DNA of 64,000 bases from Felis catus (taxonomy: Eukaryota): positions 4,030,001-4,094,000 of the forward strand of contig NC_058372.1 in the NCBI RefSeq assembly GCF_018350175.1, read 5' to 3'. The notes under the pieces are model-generated. The model was not told the DNA's origin, searched no databases, and saw only the letters and a list, made by a program, of their open reading frames with translations. The stretch's first letter is position 1; each line of letters opens with the position of its first letter. The position numbers and the translations under genes are program-made. Positions 25,300 through 39,435 of this stretch are shown here, piece after piece.

Positions 25300-25624
25300 G
25301 GGGCACCTGGGGGGCTCAGTCGGTTGAGCCTCGGAGTCTTGATCATAGCTCAGGTCTTGATCCCAGGGTCGTGAGTTCAGGCCTCACGTTGGACTCTGCA
25401 CTGGACACGGAGCCTACTGTATTTATTTACTTTCTAAGTTTATTTACTTATTTTCAGAGAGAGAGCCAAGCCGGGGAGGGGCAGAGAGAGGGAGAGACAG
25501 AATCCCAAGCAGGCTCTGCGCTGTCCGCACGGAACCCAACGTGGGGCTCGATCTCACGAACCTTGAGATCATGACCTGAGCCGAAATCAAGAGTCGGCCA
25601 CTTAACTGAGCCACCCAGGCACCC
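25300..25624. mobile_element. Partial + SINEC abutting a - SINEC
   Basis: Head at 25300 (+); reverse element at about 25425-25624; repeated agcctact flanks. Confidence 0.8.
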
Positions 25625-25956
25625 GAACGCAGCCTACTATTCTCTGTGTGACCATATTACTAATACGATACACAATTAGCTTTATTCATTTCAGTTTAAT
25701 TTCAGAATTTGCTTATTTGCCCTCAGATTTCTTGAACCATTAACATGGCTCACATTTCCCCCCTTTTTACACACGGGCAGCACTNNNNNNNNNNNNNNNN
25801 NNNNNNNNNNNNNNNNNNNNNNNNNNNNNNNNNNNNNNNNNNNNNNNNNNNNNNNNNNNNNNNNNNNNNNNNNNNNNNNNNNNNNNNNNNNNNNNNNNNN
25901 NNNNNNNNNNNNNNTCTTCACCTCACAATGTATCAAGGAGTTTTTCCTCTATCATT

Positions 25957-26610
25957 ATGAGAAGGCTGGATCCAAACCAGATGCGAGTTCATCCATCTGG
26001 TGCACAGAAAGCCAATAAATGCAGACACTGAGCTTTGGCAGTGAAGAAAGATGGGCTATTTGTTGACATGGTGCCATCCAGGAGAACTGGAGCTAATGCT
26101 CAAAAGTCCTGAACTGCCCGATGGCTTATACAAGCAGCTGGGCTTAAAGGGTGAAAATTCAGGGTAAGGGGTAAGGGGGTCAGGGGTTTGGATCATGCTG
26201 ATTGATTAGGGATTAGGGTCAGCTGAGATATTTCCTTTCTCCATCGTCTTATCCATTCCGGTGTCTCCCTTTCTGGTGTTGGTGTGACTGCAGTGAGATA
26301 GTCGTTCTGCTTCGGGGGTCCTTGCAATCTAGGGGCCTGGAGAGAAACGTTGCCAGCAGACTGCAGTAGTGACGTCATACCTAGAGTCCAAGGGCAGACG
26401 TTCTACATCCTGTGACTGTTACCAGGCTGCAAACTATTATTGTTTTTTTCTTACAAACGTGGCACGTTAGATTTGTTATCTCAGGCAGAACAGCATCCCC
26501 CCAGACTTTTTGGGGAGGCAGCTTTTATGTTTTCCCTGAGGCACTTTTACAGGGTTTTTTAACAGTTACTAAGGGCTACGAGACTCTGGTCAGAGGAAGC
26601 TAAGAGCCAT
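25957..26610 (-). mobile_element. ERV1-type LTR remnant
   Basis: LTR-like motifs (gctcaaaagtcctgaactgcccgatggc; ctgattgattagg); family not resolved. Confidence 0.45.
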
Positions 26611-27391
26611 ATGTGTATAAATTGTGGAGTCGGTGGGGGCTTGTATCCCAGTTTCAAGAATGATTCTCATTCATTTTTGTGGCTTTCCAGGTGCTCTAGT
26701 GAGTCTGTCCTGGAGATTATTCACCGTTTCCCCTATGATGGACATTCACATTATTTCCAATATTTGATACCATATAATTATAATAGTATAAAATCCTAAT
26801 AATTATAATTTCCAATGTTTTATGTGATAATATTTCACATTATAGCATATATAATTATAATAACTATGTGAACAACTTTGTACATTTTTGCTATCTCATA
26901 TACGTGGAATTGTATTTTCAGGGTACATTCTTAGAAGTGAGAATTCCTGGGCCCAAGGTTAAGGCAGATGTGACTTTGTGAGATTTTACTCAGTGTCCCC
27001 ACGATAGGTCTTCTATTGCTTTACCCTGCCACCAGCAAGGCGTACATGTGCCCGTGTGCCTGTGTCTCCCCAACATCGTCACCTACGTGTGTTGTTCGAT
27101 TTTTGACCACGTGAGAGGCAAGGAATGGCTTTTCCTGTATAATTTTTTTTTTACCTCTATAGTTTTAATTTGCCCTCTGTTTTGATTGTAAATGAAACTA
27201 TGTTCCTATTTAAGGGCCATTTGCCCTGTTTCCCCCCTGTGGACTTTCTTCTAGTTAAACAGGAAAAGCTGAATTTGTCAGGATGTTAACGTCACTCCAT
27301 CCACAAGTCTGGGATGCCGTCTTATTTATTCAGAGCTACTTTTGAGTCTTTTAGGAGTGTTTCAGTTTTTTTCCCGTGTGGGTTTTGCATG

Positions 27392-27862
27392 CAGACAGGT
27401 CATTTTATTGTGTTTTGCTTTACTGCACTTCACAGGCACACATCTTTACAAACTGAAGGTTTGTGGCGACCCTGCGCGGAGCGAATCTGTCAGCGCCATT
27501 TTCCTATAGCAGCATATTTGCTCACTTTGTGCCTCTGTGTCACGTTTCGGTAATTTTGCGATATTTCAAACATTTTCTTTGTTATTATATTTATTATGGT
27601 GATTGCAATCATTGATTATAATTCCCTGGAAGCTCAGATGATGGTTAGCCTTTTTAAAAAGAAATAAGCTTTTAAATTAAGGTATATCCATTGTTTTTTA
27701 GACATAATGCCATTGCATGCTTAATAGACTACAGTATGGTGTGAGCATAGCGTTTATATGCACTGGGGAACCAAAACATTCATTTGACTCGCTTTATTGT
27801 GATACTGGCTTTATCCCACTGGTGTGGAACCAGACACACAAAACGTCTCCGAGGTATGCCTA
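27392..27862. mobile_element. Internally deleted Tigger1-type DNA transposon
   Basis: Right end tctccgaggtatgccta plus TA; left end cagacaggtcattttattg; diagnostic ttacaaactgaaggtttgtggcgaccctgc. Confidence 0.85.
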
Positions 27863-27932
27863 TATATTTCTTCTGAAATTTGCTCCTAAGTATTTTATAT
27901 GCACTATTTTGTGTCTTTTAAAAATTTGGTCT

Positions 27933-28100
27933 TGGGGTGCCTGGGTGGCTCAGCCGCTTGGGCATCCAACTTCGGCTCAGATCATGATCTCACAGTTCAT
28001 GGCTTTCTGCTGTCAGCACAGAGCCTGCTTTGGATCCTCTGTCCCCCTCTCTCTCTCTGCCCCTGCCCTGCTCTCTCTCTCTCAAAAGTAAATAAACATT
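27933..28100 (+). mobile_element. SINEC
   Basis: Typical head and (CT)n. Confidence 0.85.
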
Positions 28101-28832
28101 TTTTTAAAATTTGGTCTTTTTCTTTTTTGTTATCTTCTAAATGGTAATAGTTATAAATATTGCTATTGATTTTTGTGTTCATTTCGTATCTTGCCACTGC
28201 ACTAAATTATCTTGCTTTTCACTGGCTCTCTTGAGTTTTCTCCAAGAAAGTTCTGTTACTCTGTTGTCTACAGAAAGTAAAACTGTGCCCTTATTCTTTC
28301 TGATTCCTGGACTTCTGTTTTATCCGTTTCTGGTGCTGTTCTGGAGAGCGTTTATATAGCACTTCCGTATGTTAGTCAGTGTTCCAAGTACTTTAGGTAC
28401 GCTTACGCTGTTAATTCTTGCAATAGACCTGCCATGATCCTTGCTTCACAGAGAGATTAAGCAACCTACTTATAAGGAGTTGGTGTCAGGATTCCAGCCT
28501 TGAGCCTAGCTGTTGGGTTCTCCTCATACCCTCCATCTTTTAGAAAATAAAAGTTTCCCTTAAATTTTCTGTATTTTCCTTCCTCTTGGTTCAACCACCT
28601 CAGCATTCTAATCTTAGCTTGGAGTCGAAGCAAAAGCAGAGTTTCTTTTATTTTTTTCTTAATACCAGCGCTCTCTTAAGGAAGGTCACACACGGCTTCA
28701 GACTCTGCGTGAACACTTTCTGCTTCAACTGTCTTTACCTTAAAGCCTTTGAATGCGGGGGTAAGTCTGGGGCGAGTAGGAGAATGGCACTACTCTTTTG
28801 CTACCGATTGTCCCAGCATTTTTCTTTTATCT

Positions 28833-28899
28833 TTTTTTTTTTTTAATTTAATTATTTATTTTGAAAGAGAGAGTGTATGAACACGAGCAGGGGAGGGGC

Positions 28900-28941
<42 letters not shown>

Positions 28942-29054
28942 TCCCGAGTCAGCACAGAACCAGACGCAGGGTTCCAACTCCCAAACCATGAGATCGTGAC
29001 CTGAGTGGAAATCCAGAATCGGAAGCTTAACCAACTGAGCCACCCAGGTGCCCC
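28833..29054 (-). mobile_element. SINEC
   Basis: Typical body; flanking cagcattttt repeat. Confidence 0.9.
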
Positions 29055-29449
29055 TGTCTCAGCATTTTTCAAATTGCAGTGTTCTGCTGTGCCTTGAAAT
29101 CAATTTAGTGGGTACCTAGAGCATATTTGTAATGAGAAGGGTTAGAACAGGATTAAAATCTATTCAGACAGTCTTAAGTTTCGAGTAAAACCCATTCTCC
29201 TAGATTAATTTACAGGAAATATTTATTATTAATAATTATTTATATATAATTATATAATAATTAATTTACAAGCGAACATATTAAGTGGACTGATTTATTG
29301 AAATATGTATTGTTCTTGGGAATCAAGCTCTTTCTCTGAAATTGGGTGCACGGCTCTGAGAAAGAGCCTTTGGTGTTTGGTTTGCTGTTGTCTCCTTTTC
29401 CCAGAAATGCATATTCCTCGCTGGGCTTTATTGGCTGGAGACTCAGCTA

Positions 29450-29606
29450 CACCTGCCTCTGCAGTGGTGGTCCTTGGTGTTCTTGGACGGTGGACAGGGC
29501 TGCACGGTGGCTGCCAGGTCAGGCAGGACGGTGTTGGCCTCGCAGCTGTCCGCCGTGGGCCAGCTCCATTCTCTTTCCGGTCATCCTCGCCTACCTGCTT
29601 CCCACC
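29450..29606 (-). pseudogene. Highly decayed H2A 5' remnant
   Basis: GGGAAGCAGGTAGGCGAG resembles GKQGGK codons; GCGAGGCCAACACCGTCCTGCC..CCGTGCAGCCCTGTCCACCGT resembles [15 protein letters not shown] codons; sits on the H2A side of a histone-type promoter. Confidence 0.4.
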
Positions 29607-29699
29607 TTCAAAAACAGAGAAAACAGAAAAATAGGGCACTTAAGGCCCAACGGAGGGAAGGATCCTCAGGCAACTTTGAGTGTGGAAATGGAGCGCGCT

Positions 29700-29852
29700 T
29701 GGTGCTCTGATTGGCTGAGGTCGGGTAGGCGTCTATCCAACCAGAGAGTCGAACGGGCAGCCCTGCGTTTACGTGTGTATTCTGTTATTATCGTTTGTCC
29801 AATCAGACCTGGTTGTTTCAATCGGCATTTGAATACGCGGACTGTAAATACC
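29700..29852. promoter_or_regulatory. H2A/H2B-type bidirectional promoter (orphan)
   Basis: CTGATTGG 29707-29714, CCAATCAG 29799-29806, octamer-like ATTTGAAT 29827-29834 and TATA-like TGTAAATA 29843-29850, in canonical H2B promoter order; CpG-enriched. Confidence 0.6.
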
Positions 29853-29951
29853 CGCCTTCCACTGAGTCCCCAAAAGTGATGGGGCTCTCTTAGCAACTTG
29901 CGTTCCTGTGGTTGATTCTCTCTCGGCGAGGTTTTTGTGAGTCTCTAGGGA

Positions 29952-30058
29952 AGGCGATGAGGAATGCAAGGGCCGCCACCGTCGACGTCACAACAAGAGT
30001 TTTGTTTGTTGGGCCCGACCCCAAAGCAACTTTGCCCTAAAGGTCAGCGAGCGTAGTG
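29952..30058 (+). pseudogene. Highly decayed H2B 5' remnant
   Basis: GCAAGGGCCGCCACCGTCGACGTCACAACAAGAGTTTT resembles GKKRKRSRKESY codons; GACCCC..AAGGTCAGCGAGCGTAGTG resembles HP..KAMSIM codons. Confidence 0.35.
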
Positions 30059-30239
30059 GGTGCCGAGTCTCCTGGGGAATGGGGCAGTGGCAGGAAGCCG
30101 GAGCCTCTCTGCTCCCCGAGGGTCGTGCTAGACAGTTTCACTAGAAGCGAAGGCTTTCTGCAGACCTGGAAGTTCTTTCATCAGATGGATGTTTCCTGTG
30201 TGATGACCACCGAAGACACCAGCTGGAAATAAGCACTGA

Positions 30240-33200
30240 TTTATACGCTATAATTTTATTTTGAGATATATACATGAAATCATATCATCTGTAATCTTTT
30301 AGGATTGGCTTTATTTTGACTGTGCATAATTCCACAGCGGTGTACCCAGATTTTTGCATGTATAGGTCGCTTTTCCCTTTTTGTTGCTCAGTAGCGTTCC
30401 GTGGTAGGGATAAACAACAGCCCGTTTAATATTCACCTGTTAAAGGACCTTTTAGGTCTTTGTGTAAATGTAAGTTTTCATTTCTCTGGGGTGAATGCTT
30501 GGTAGTGTAGTGTGGGATCATATGGTAAACATACATTTCGCTTTTTAAGAAACTGCCAAGATATTTTCCAGTGACTATACCATTTTATTTTCTCACTGGC
30601 AGCGTGTGAGACATGGAATTTCTCCACATTTATGCCAGCATTCAGTGTTGTCACTATTTTTTATTTTAGTTGCCTAATAGGTATATATTGGTATCTTATC
30701 ATAATCTGAATTTGCAGTTTCCTAATGGTCATTAATGCTAAAGGTTATTAATTTCCATGACTTTTGCCCATTTTTTAATGGGATAATTTGGATTTTTTAC
30801 TATTGAGCTTAGTTTTTTTTCTTTTTTAAATAGACTCCACACATAACGAGGAGCTTGAATTCACTACCCTGAGATCAAGAGTCACATGCTCTATGGACTG
30901 AGCCAGCTAGAGCTCCAGAAAGTCTTAATATATTCTAAATACAAACTTTTTGTTGTGTATATAGTTTGCAGATATTTTCTTTATGTGCATAGCTTCTCTT
31001 TTTAAACTTCTTTGCAGGACTTTCCACAAAACAAATGTCGTTACTTTTGATGAGATCTACCAATTTTTTTCTCTTCTGGATGATTTTGGTTTCATGTGTA
31101 AGAACTTTTTGCATAGTTCCAGATCCCGAAGATTTTTCTCTTTTTTCTAAAAGGTTTACAGTTTTACATTTTACCTTTAAATCTACCATCATCAGTTTCA
31201 AGTGAATTTTTGCAGAAGGTGTGAGGCTTAGGCTGAGTTTCATATGTTTGCCTGTTGGTCTTTGTTGAAAAGAGTGTACTTCCTCCCTTAAATTTCTTTT
31301 TCATCATTGTCAAAAACTACCCGTGTTAGGGTAGTTGGCCCTACCCGTGTAGGACTGTTTGTGGGTTCTGTTTTATCTATTCCTTCCTATTACTATACAG
31401 TCTTGATCACTGTATTATATAATAAGTCTTGAAATTGGGGAGAGCGATTCCTCCCACTGTATTCTTTCTTTTCAAAATTGTTTGATATTCTGGTTCAGTT
31501 ATTGGTTTTAGGAATTTTGTTTTCTTTTTTTTTTTTTTTTTTGTAAATTCTTTGTGATTTTCCACATAGACAATCACATCGTCTTTAAATAGAGGGAGTT
31601 TTGGGGCACCTGGGTGGCGCAGTCGGTTGAGCGTCCGACTTCAGCCAGGTCACAATCTTGCGGTCCGTGAGTTCGAGCCCCGCATCAGGCTCTGGGCTGA
31701 TGGCTCAGAGCCTGGAGCCTGTTTCCGATTCTGTGTCTCCCTCTTTCTCTGCCCCTCCCCCGTTCATGCTCTGTCTCTCTCTGTCCCCCCCCCCAAAAAA
31801 AATAAACGTTAAAAAAAAATTTAAATAGAGGGAGTTTTATTTCTTCTTTTCAAATCCAAAAGCCTTTAATCTCTTTTTCTTGCTTCATTGTACTAGGAAG
31901 GACTTCAGGGGTTGAATTTATAATTTTTTAAAAATGTTTATTTATTTTTGAGAGAGAGAGAGCATGAGCAGGGGAGGGGCAGAGAAAGAGGGGGACACAG
32001 AATCCGAAGCAGGCTCCAGGCTCCGAGGTGTCAGCACAGGGCCCGACGCGGGCCTTGAACCCATGAACTATGAGATCATAACTGAGTAGAAGTCGCATGC
32101 TTAACCAACTGAGCCACCCAGGTGCCCCAGGGGTTGAATTTAATGGTGATAATGAACATCTTTGCCTTGTTCCTGATCTTACTGGGAAGCACTGAGTCTC
32201 TCTTCATTAGGATGACATTACCTGTAGAATATTTGTAGATGTCCTTTTTCAGACTCAGGAAGTTCTCTGCTATTCCTAGTCTGTTGAAAGTTTTTAATCA
32301 GGAAAGGATAGTGACTTGTCAGATGTTTTCTCTGCATTCATTACTATGATCATAGTTTTCTTCTTTATACTCTTAATATGGTAGATGACCTGAATTTTGA
32401 ATATTGAACCTGTCTTGCATTCCTGATCTATATACATTGTTGGACTTGATTTGCTATTATTGTTTCTGTGTTCATAAGGGATATTGGTCTGTAGTTTTAT
32501 TTTGTACTGTTTTTGTATTGTTTTAGTATTGGGCTAATTTTGGAATCATAAATGGAGTTGGAAAGTATTTTTTCTTTCATTTTCTGGAAGAAATTGTGTA
32601 AAATCAGTGTTATTTCTTCTTTAAACATTTGGTAGAATTCTTTAGTGAAACCATCTGGGTCTACAGATTTTATTTGGTGAAGGTTTTTCGTTACTATTTC
32701 AGTTTCTTTAAAAGATATGAAAATATTCAATTTTTCTAATTTATCTTGGATGAATTCTTCTGGTTTTGTGATTGCTTGTCATATTACCTTATCATTTTAA
32801 TGGTCTGTTACATCCCCTGTTTTCATTCTGAGATTCACTAATTTGTGTTTGCAAATTGTGCCTTCTCTCTTTTATCATCAATCTTGATAGAGCTTCTCAA
32901 CAGTATTGATTTTTAAAAAAAATATTTTTTTAACGTTTATTTTTTTTGAGAAACAGAGACCGAGCATGAGTGGGGAGGAGCAGAGAGAGAGAGGGAGACA
33001 CAGAATCTGAAGCAGGCTCCAGGCTCTGAGCTGTCAACACAGAGCCCGACTCGGGGCTCAAACTCACGAACCATGAGGTCGGAGCCACCCAGGTGTCCCT
33101 CTATTGTCCCTTTTTAAAGACATTTTCTTACAGTAGTTTTGCTGTTGTTTTTCTGTTTTTAATCTCATCGAGTTATCTTCTTATCTTTCTTTTTGCACTG

Positions 33201-34900
33201 AACTTATTTTGCTTTTTCCGTATCTTAATGTAGAAGTTTGTAGTAATGGTTTGAGAACTTTCTCCTTTTCTTTTTTTAAAAATTAAAAAAAAAATTTTAG
33301 AGAGCATGCACACACATGCGTGAGCAGATGGGGGAGGGGCAGAGGCAGAGAAAGAATCTCGAGCAGGCTCCACACTCACCTCAGAGCCAACACGGGGCTC
33401 CATCCGACGACCCTGGGATCACGACCTGAGCCGAAATCGAGAGTCTGGCCCAGGCACCCTGAACTTTCTCCTTTTCTGATATAAACATTTTGTGCTGGAT
33501 TTCCCTTTCTTTTAACGGCATCCTACAAATTTTTTAAATTAAACTTTGAGATAACTGTAGGTTCACATGCAGTTGTAAAAAATATTACAGATACCACGCA
33601 CAGTTTACTCAGTTTTCCCAAAAGGTACGTCTTGCAAAACAGTACAATGTCACAGCCACGATGTTGACATTGATATAGTCAAATATAAAATACTTCCATC
33701 ACAGCAAGGATCTCTCATGTTTCCTTTTTTAGCACAGACACTTCTCTGCCACCCACACTCCCTCTCAACTCTTGGGCCACGAATATAGTCTCAGTTTCTT
33801 TAACTATGTCATTGCAAGAACGTTTCTATAAATTGAATTATACAGGAGGGTAATCTTTTGCAATTGATTTTTTAAAAACAGACTTTATTTTTAAACGCAG
33901 TTTCGGGTTGACAGAAAGATTGGGCAGAAAGTGCATATATCTCGTATACCCCCTCTGCCTCTACATTAGTGTCATGCATTTGTTACAATTAATGAACCGC
34001 TATTGATATATTATTATTAACTAACGTCCATAATTCACATTGGGGTTCACTTTCTGTCGTGCAGGTTTGTGTGTCTATGGGTTTTGACAAACGCGTGAGG
34101 TCACATGTCTGCTGTAGAGTATTACGCAGAATGGTTTCCTTGTCCTAAAACTTGCCCGTGTTCGGTCTGTTCGTCCCTGCCCCCTCCCACCGCCAAAGCC
34201 TGACAACCACGGCTCTTTTTACTGTTTTTATAGTTTTGCCTTTTCCAGGATGTTCTTAGACTCCTGCAGTCTGTTGCCTGTTCAGACTGGCTCCTTTCAC
34301 TCAGCAATATGCTTTTAGGATTCCTACTGCCTTTTCATGGCTTGATGGCTCATTTCTTGTTTTATCACTGAATCATACTTCCTTATATGGATGTACCATA
34401 GTTTATTGCTCCAGCCACCTATTGAATTGAATTGTGAATAAAACTGCTATAAACATTTGGGAGATAGATGTATATCTTGCTGGATCCAACAGAAAGCTAA
34501 CATTTACTTTTGTAAGCAACGGTGTCTTTCAGAGTGGCTGTGCAGATTTTCACTACAGCCGGCGATTAATGGTCATTTCTGTCATTCCAACCCCTGGCCA
34601 CAATTGATGGTGTCGGTGTTTTGGATTTTGGTCATTCCAGTAGGTATATAGTGGTATCTCATTATGGTTTTAATTTGAAATTCCCTAATGACATAGGATA
34701 CTGACAAGTGATAGTTCATGTGTTTATTTGCCATCTGTGTATCCTTTTTGGTGAAAAGTCCCGTCACGTTTTTCATCCATGTTCTATTTGGATTGTTCGG
34801 TAATTTTTAGGGTAGAGTTTCGGAAGTTCTTTATATATCCCAGATGCTAGTGCCTTGCCACGTGTGTGTTTTACGGCTATTTTCTTTGCGTCGATAGCTT
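30240..34900 (-). mobile_element. Old L1M fragments interrupted by several SINECs (31603-31820 +, 31924-32128 -, 32915-33100 -, 33275-33459 -)
   Basis: ORF 32497-32730 gives ..DPDGFTKEFYQMFKEEITLILHNFFQK (L1 ORF2); L1M 3' motifs; SINE TSDs such as ttaaatagagggagtttt. Confidence 0.8.
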
Positions 34901-36067
34901 GTCTTTTGATCCCCTTAAGAGAGGGTATTAGTTTCTTGTGGGTCACAGCAAATGATCACTTCTTTAGTTCTAAATTATCCTTCTTTAGTTCTGGCAGGAA
35001 GAAGTCAAAATCAAGTGTTGGCAGAACTGGTTCCTTTATGCTCAGAGAAAGAATCTGTCCCGTGCTCCCCTCCTGGTTTCTGGTGGCTTCCAGGAATCTT
35101 CGGCGTTTCTTGGTTTGAAACCATATTGTTTTCACCTCTGCCTTCATCTTGCACATAATCTTCTCTTCTCTGTGTCTTCTCTTTGGTCTCTTATAAGGAC
35201 ACTTGTTATTGAACTTAGAGACCCTTCTGGGGCCCTTAAGATGATAGGAGATCCTAGATTGCCCAGAAAGAACACACGTACCAACCTAGAATCCAAGCAG
35301 AACGTGAATGGCTGGGATTCAGGAGAATCAGAAGAAAGATGTTAGGAATGAAATGACTTGACTCTTATTTAATTTATATATATGTTCATATGTATATATA
35401 AATATATATGCAAATATATATTTAATTTATATATTTAATTTCTCTGTGATAAAGGGAGAGGAGATTCATTTGGGGATTCCCAAATTTTGCTGCCAGATTT
35501 TAAAGGGAAACTGTCAGTGATCCAACAATATTGTTATTTTCCAGGGAATGCAACAAGTTTGTTCTTACTTTCAGCATCATGTTATTTGGGTGTCATTGTT
35601 ACATGATGGTCATATATTATTGCTTGATTAACACACTGTGTAAGAACATCCAGTAGTTTAAGATGGGAAGAAAATTATATGCCACTTTTATTTCTACTAA
35701 GTGGAAAGTTAAATGTGGTCTGGTTCTGGTAAATATCAGGATTTCAGAGGACTCGTGGGGCCAGGGAAGAAACTATAAGTGACAGACCGGCTTATGTCAC
35801 TGCCCTCATCTGGATTCTAGCAGCACAGGATAGGATTGGGTTGATCACCCCATAGAATAGAGTCACAACGTTCTGTCGATCCAAAAATAGCCTCAGATGG
35901 CCAGCCATACCCCATGTTGGCGTTAAGTTTTCTTAATTGCCTTATACTATTGGAAGAAAGAGGAAAATTCCATCCCTTAGCTAACATTCATGTTGCTTCT
36001 CTGCCTCTTCTCCCTTATTCGCCAGTTATCTCTCAGTGATACCCTTGATTAAAAACAAGGCCATTTC

Positions 36068-36425
36068 AGGGGCTCTTGGGTGGCTCAGTTGGTTAAGTGT
36101 CTCTGACTTTTGATTTTGGCTTAGGTCATGATCTCGAGGTTTGTGCTCATAGCACAGAGCCTGCTTGGGATTCACTCTCCCTCTCTCTCTGCCCCCACCC
36201 CCTTCAAAATAAATACGCTCCTGGGTGGCTCAGTCGGTTAAGTGTCCGACTTCAGGTCACGTCACAATGTCGCAGTCCGTGAGTTCAAGCCCCACGTCGG
36301 GCTCTGTGCTGACAGCTCAGAGCCTGGAGCCTGCTTCGGATTCCGTGTGTCCCTCTGTCTCTGCCCCTCTCCTGCTCTCTCTCTCTCTTTCTCTCAAAAA
36401 TGAACAAATGTTAAAAAAATTAAAA
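36068..36425 (+). mobile_element. Two tandem SINECs
   Basis: Two heads (36068 and about 36215), each with (CT)n and an A tail. Confidence 0.85.
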
Positions 36426-37229
36426 TAAGTACATAAATAAATGCACATTAAAGTAAAAAAGGCCATTTCATTTCACCCAAAAGAGTACTGTGATGAGGGG
36501 CCAGGATTAAAGACCAAACGCATTTAACTGACCATGTGCTGGAGGTAGGATTTGTGCTGTACCACATGAATTTGCCAGACAAAAATGTGCTTGCAAGTGA
36601 AAGAAACCCATCACTGAAATAGATTAAGTACAGAGAGGGAGGTGTTAAGGGTCTTCTGCTGTGGTTACCCTTAGAACGGAAATCAAGGCTGCTGGGACTG
36701 ACACAGAAACATAGACATCCTCTATTCTCTTTCAGCAGCCACACATTTTTTTTTTCCGGTGTCACCTTCATCTTGTTAAATTTCTCTAAGAGCAAGAGAG
36801 ACTCAGCCACTGGCATCTCTGGATCAAGTTTCTAGTCTTCAGACTGCCCTGCAGCCCTGGCTGCGTCCCTTCACACTCCAGGCTGGAAGTCTCAGGGAAC
36901 ATTCTTAGTGGCTCATCTCAGGCAGCACTGCCACTCATTGCGGCTCAGAGAGTGCGCTTCCTTTACTGGCGAAATCTGCAGGCCGCGGCTGCTTTGGCCG
37001 TTCTTCATCATCCCAGTGTTCTGCACAGCAGGTTGTGAACCCTTCATGAAGTAGGAGATGCCAGGAAACAGTAGGACAAAACAGAATGATGGAGAAGAGC
37101 AATCTCAGAATCCTTCCACAATGGCGTGCTGTTTCTGAAATCTTTCCTTGTAGTTACTGGTATGCATGTGTATTTCCCAGTATGACCTCGGTCATAATAT
37201 AAAATGTATTTCTTTTTTTCATTAAAACA

Positions 37230-37440
37230 ATATTTTTAATGTTTATTTTTGAAAGAGAGAAAGACACACAGAGTATGAGCCAGGGAGGGGCAGAGAGAGA
37301 GGGAGACACAGAATCCGAAGCAGGCTCCAGGCTCCGAGCTGTCAGCACAGAGCCCGATGTGGGGCTCGAACCCACGAACTGTGAGATCGTGACCTGAGCT
37401 GAAGTCGGACACTTAACCGACTGAGCCACCCAGGCGACCC
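37230..37440 (-). mobile_element. SINEC
   Basis: Typical; flanking aaatgtatttctt repeat. Confidence 0.9.
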
Positions 37441-38458
37441 TGAAATGTATTTCTTAATGTGTGTTGTAGTAAAAAGAATTGAATACAAATGTGCATATTT
37501 GAATTTTATCAATGCTGTCATTCCCGGATTACATGCTTGCGTAACCCGTTAACTCGTAGCGGTGAGGCGCTTCCCCTTGTTTGGACTGTCTCCTAAACTT
37601 CGAGCACGATTGCTCATTTAACCCCTGTGCTCTTCGTTCGCCCCCTTCGATGGTGATCAGGTATACTTACTTCCACTTCTGGGTTTCAGCATCAAGCCTT
37701 CTTTGTCCTAGTTCCTTCCCAGTATCATTTGTCTTTAATCCCCCCCATGCCCCATTTTCCACAGCCCGATTCCAGTGGAATATTACATTTCTTTGACTAA
37801 GTGCTTGCTCGGGCTTCCTGACTTCATGAGAGACAGCCAACATTCACCAAAAATGTCCTATTTATTTTATTCATTAAAAGTTTCTCATCTAACACAGTTT
37901 GCATGAACCAGAGATGTACAAGGAGCATGCTTCCTTCATTGGATGTTATCATATCTCTTCAACACAGACTTTTCTCAGAACCTGGAACCATTTAATTCAC
38001 TGGATTTGTCTTTTCCTTAAACGCCTAAGAGGGTACGTGCTCAGAAGCCTGTCTTTGAGGCTGGTAGCTTATTGGTGAGCTGTTTTTTCTCCCCATGTAT
38101 CTTACCTCTCACTCATTTCCAACGTTAATTTAAGCAATTTATATTTTTCCAGAAATCCTTATATCTCATCAGTATTTTTAAATAAGTTAACATAGGTTTT
38201 ATTTCATGTGTCCTTATAATTGTGAGACACTTCCAATTCTATAGGTTTAGACAAAGACGTTAATTTTGAATTTTGTGAACGTTTAAGGAATTTTTGTAGC
38301 TCATGTAATGTGCAGATTTTGGTTTGTTTTGCGTTGTGTTTGGAGAGTTTTGATGGTTTCATTTTTGTACAAGACTTTTGCATTTGGCTGCTTTCCTTTT
38401 TCATGTTTTGTGGGTTTTTTGCTCGTATGCAATACTAAAGGATCAGGAAAACACTTGC

Positions 38459-38665
38459 GGGCCCCTGGGTAGCCCGTGGCTTAAGCGTCCAACTGTTGAT
38501 CTCAGCTCAGGTCACAATCTCATGGTTTGTGAGATCCAGCCCCGCATCGGGCTCTGTGTGGACAGTGTGGATCCTATCCTGCTTGGGATTCTCTCCCCCA
38601 CCCCTCACGCTCTGCCCCTCCTCCGCACCTGCACGCACTTTCTCAAAATAAACTTGAAAAAAAAA
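38459..38665 (+). mobile_element. SINEC
   Basis: Typical body. Confidence 0.85.
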
Positions 38666-39435
38666 TATTTGCTTCAAGTGGGTAAACCTCTTGAAATCAG
38701 TTCCTAGTATTCTCAAATAATTGATAGAAAGTTGCCTTGTCACCTTACAGACTCGAATGTTGTTGCTGCTAGGATTTTTACCATCAAAATGGTATCAGGC
38801 ATTTTGAGATAGAACACCCTGAGAAATATACCTCCCATCCCTTTTTACTGTTTTTCACAGATGGGCGTGAAATATTTGTGCCTTTTAGCTTTTGGCTAAT
38901 TAGCAGGTCATGGTTACAGACTTCAGGATGTGGAAGAATCCTAGAGCTCTTGGAATGGAAGGAAAGCCCTTGCTGCGGGCACTTGAGAAAATATGCCTAT
39001 AGATGCCTATTGATTTGCTAGCTCCTTGGCTGACCTCCTGCAGGCACGCTATTTGCTTCTAATCTTCGTGTAGTCTAATTCTACCCTCATTAAAACACAA
39101 ACCCTACGGGAAGATTCCACATCTTCAGTCTTTTTCATGGGAATTGGGTGGTCACAACAGCCCGCGTCTAAGTTGGCTCCGTTCCCCCACCCCTGGAAAA
39201 TGGCACTTCTGCCCCCAGCAGCCCGCTAGGTAGCAGCTCTGCAGACTCTGAAGGGCAAGGTCCATCAGCTCCATTGCCAAGTGTACTGCTCATTAAGGTG
39301 AACTGCTTCAGAGGCCACAGTCACCATCAACTAGATCGTTTCTGGAGTCCTGTATAAAGAGTTGTGGTCAATTAAATCCTTATTCGTTGCTGAATCAGCG
39401 GTCTCCAAGCCCAAGCGGTTTCTCAGAAACTGAAC

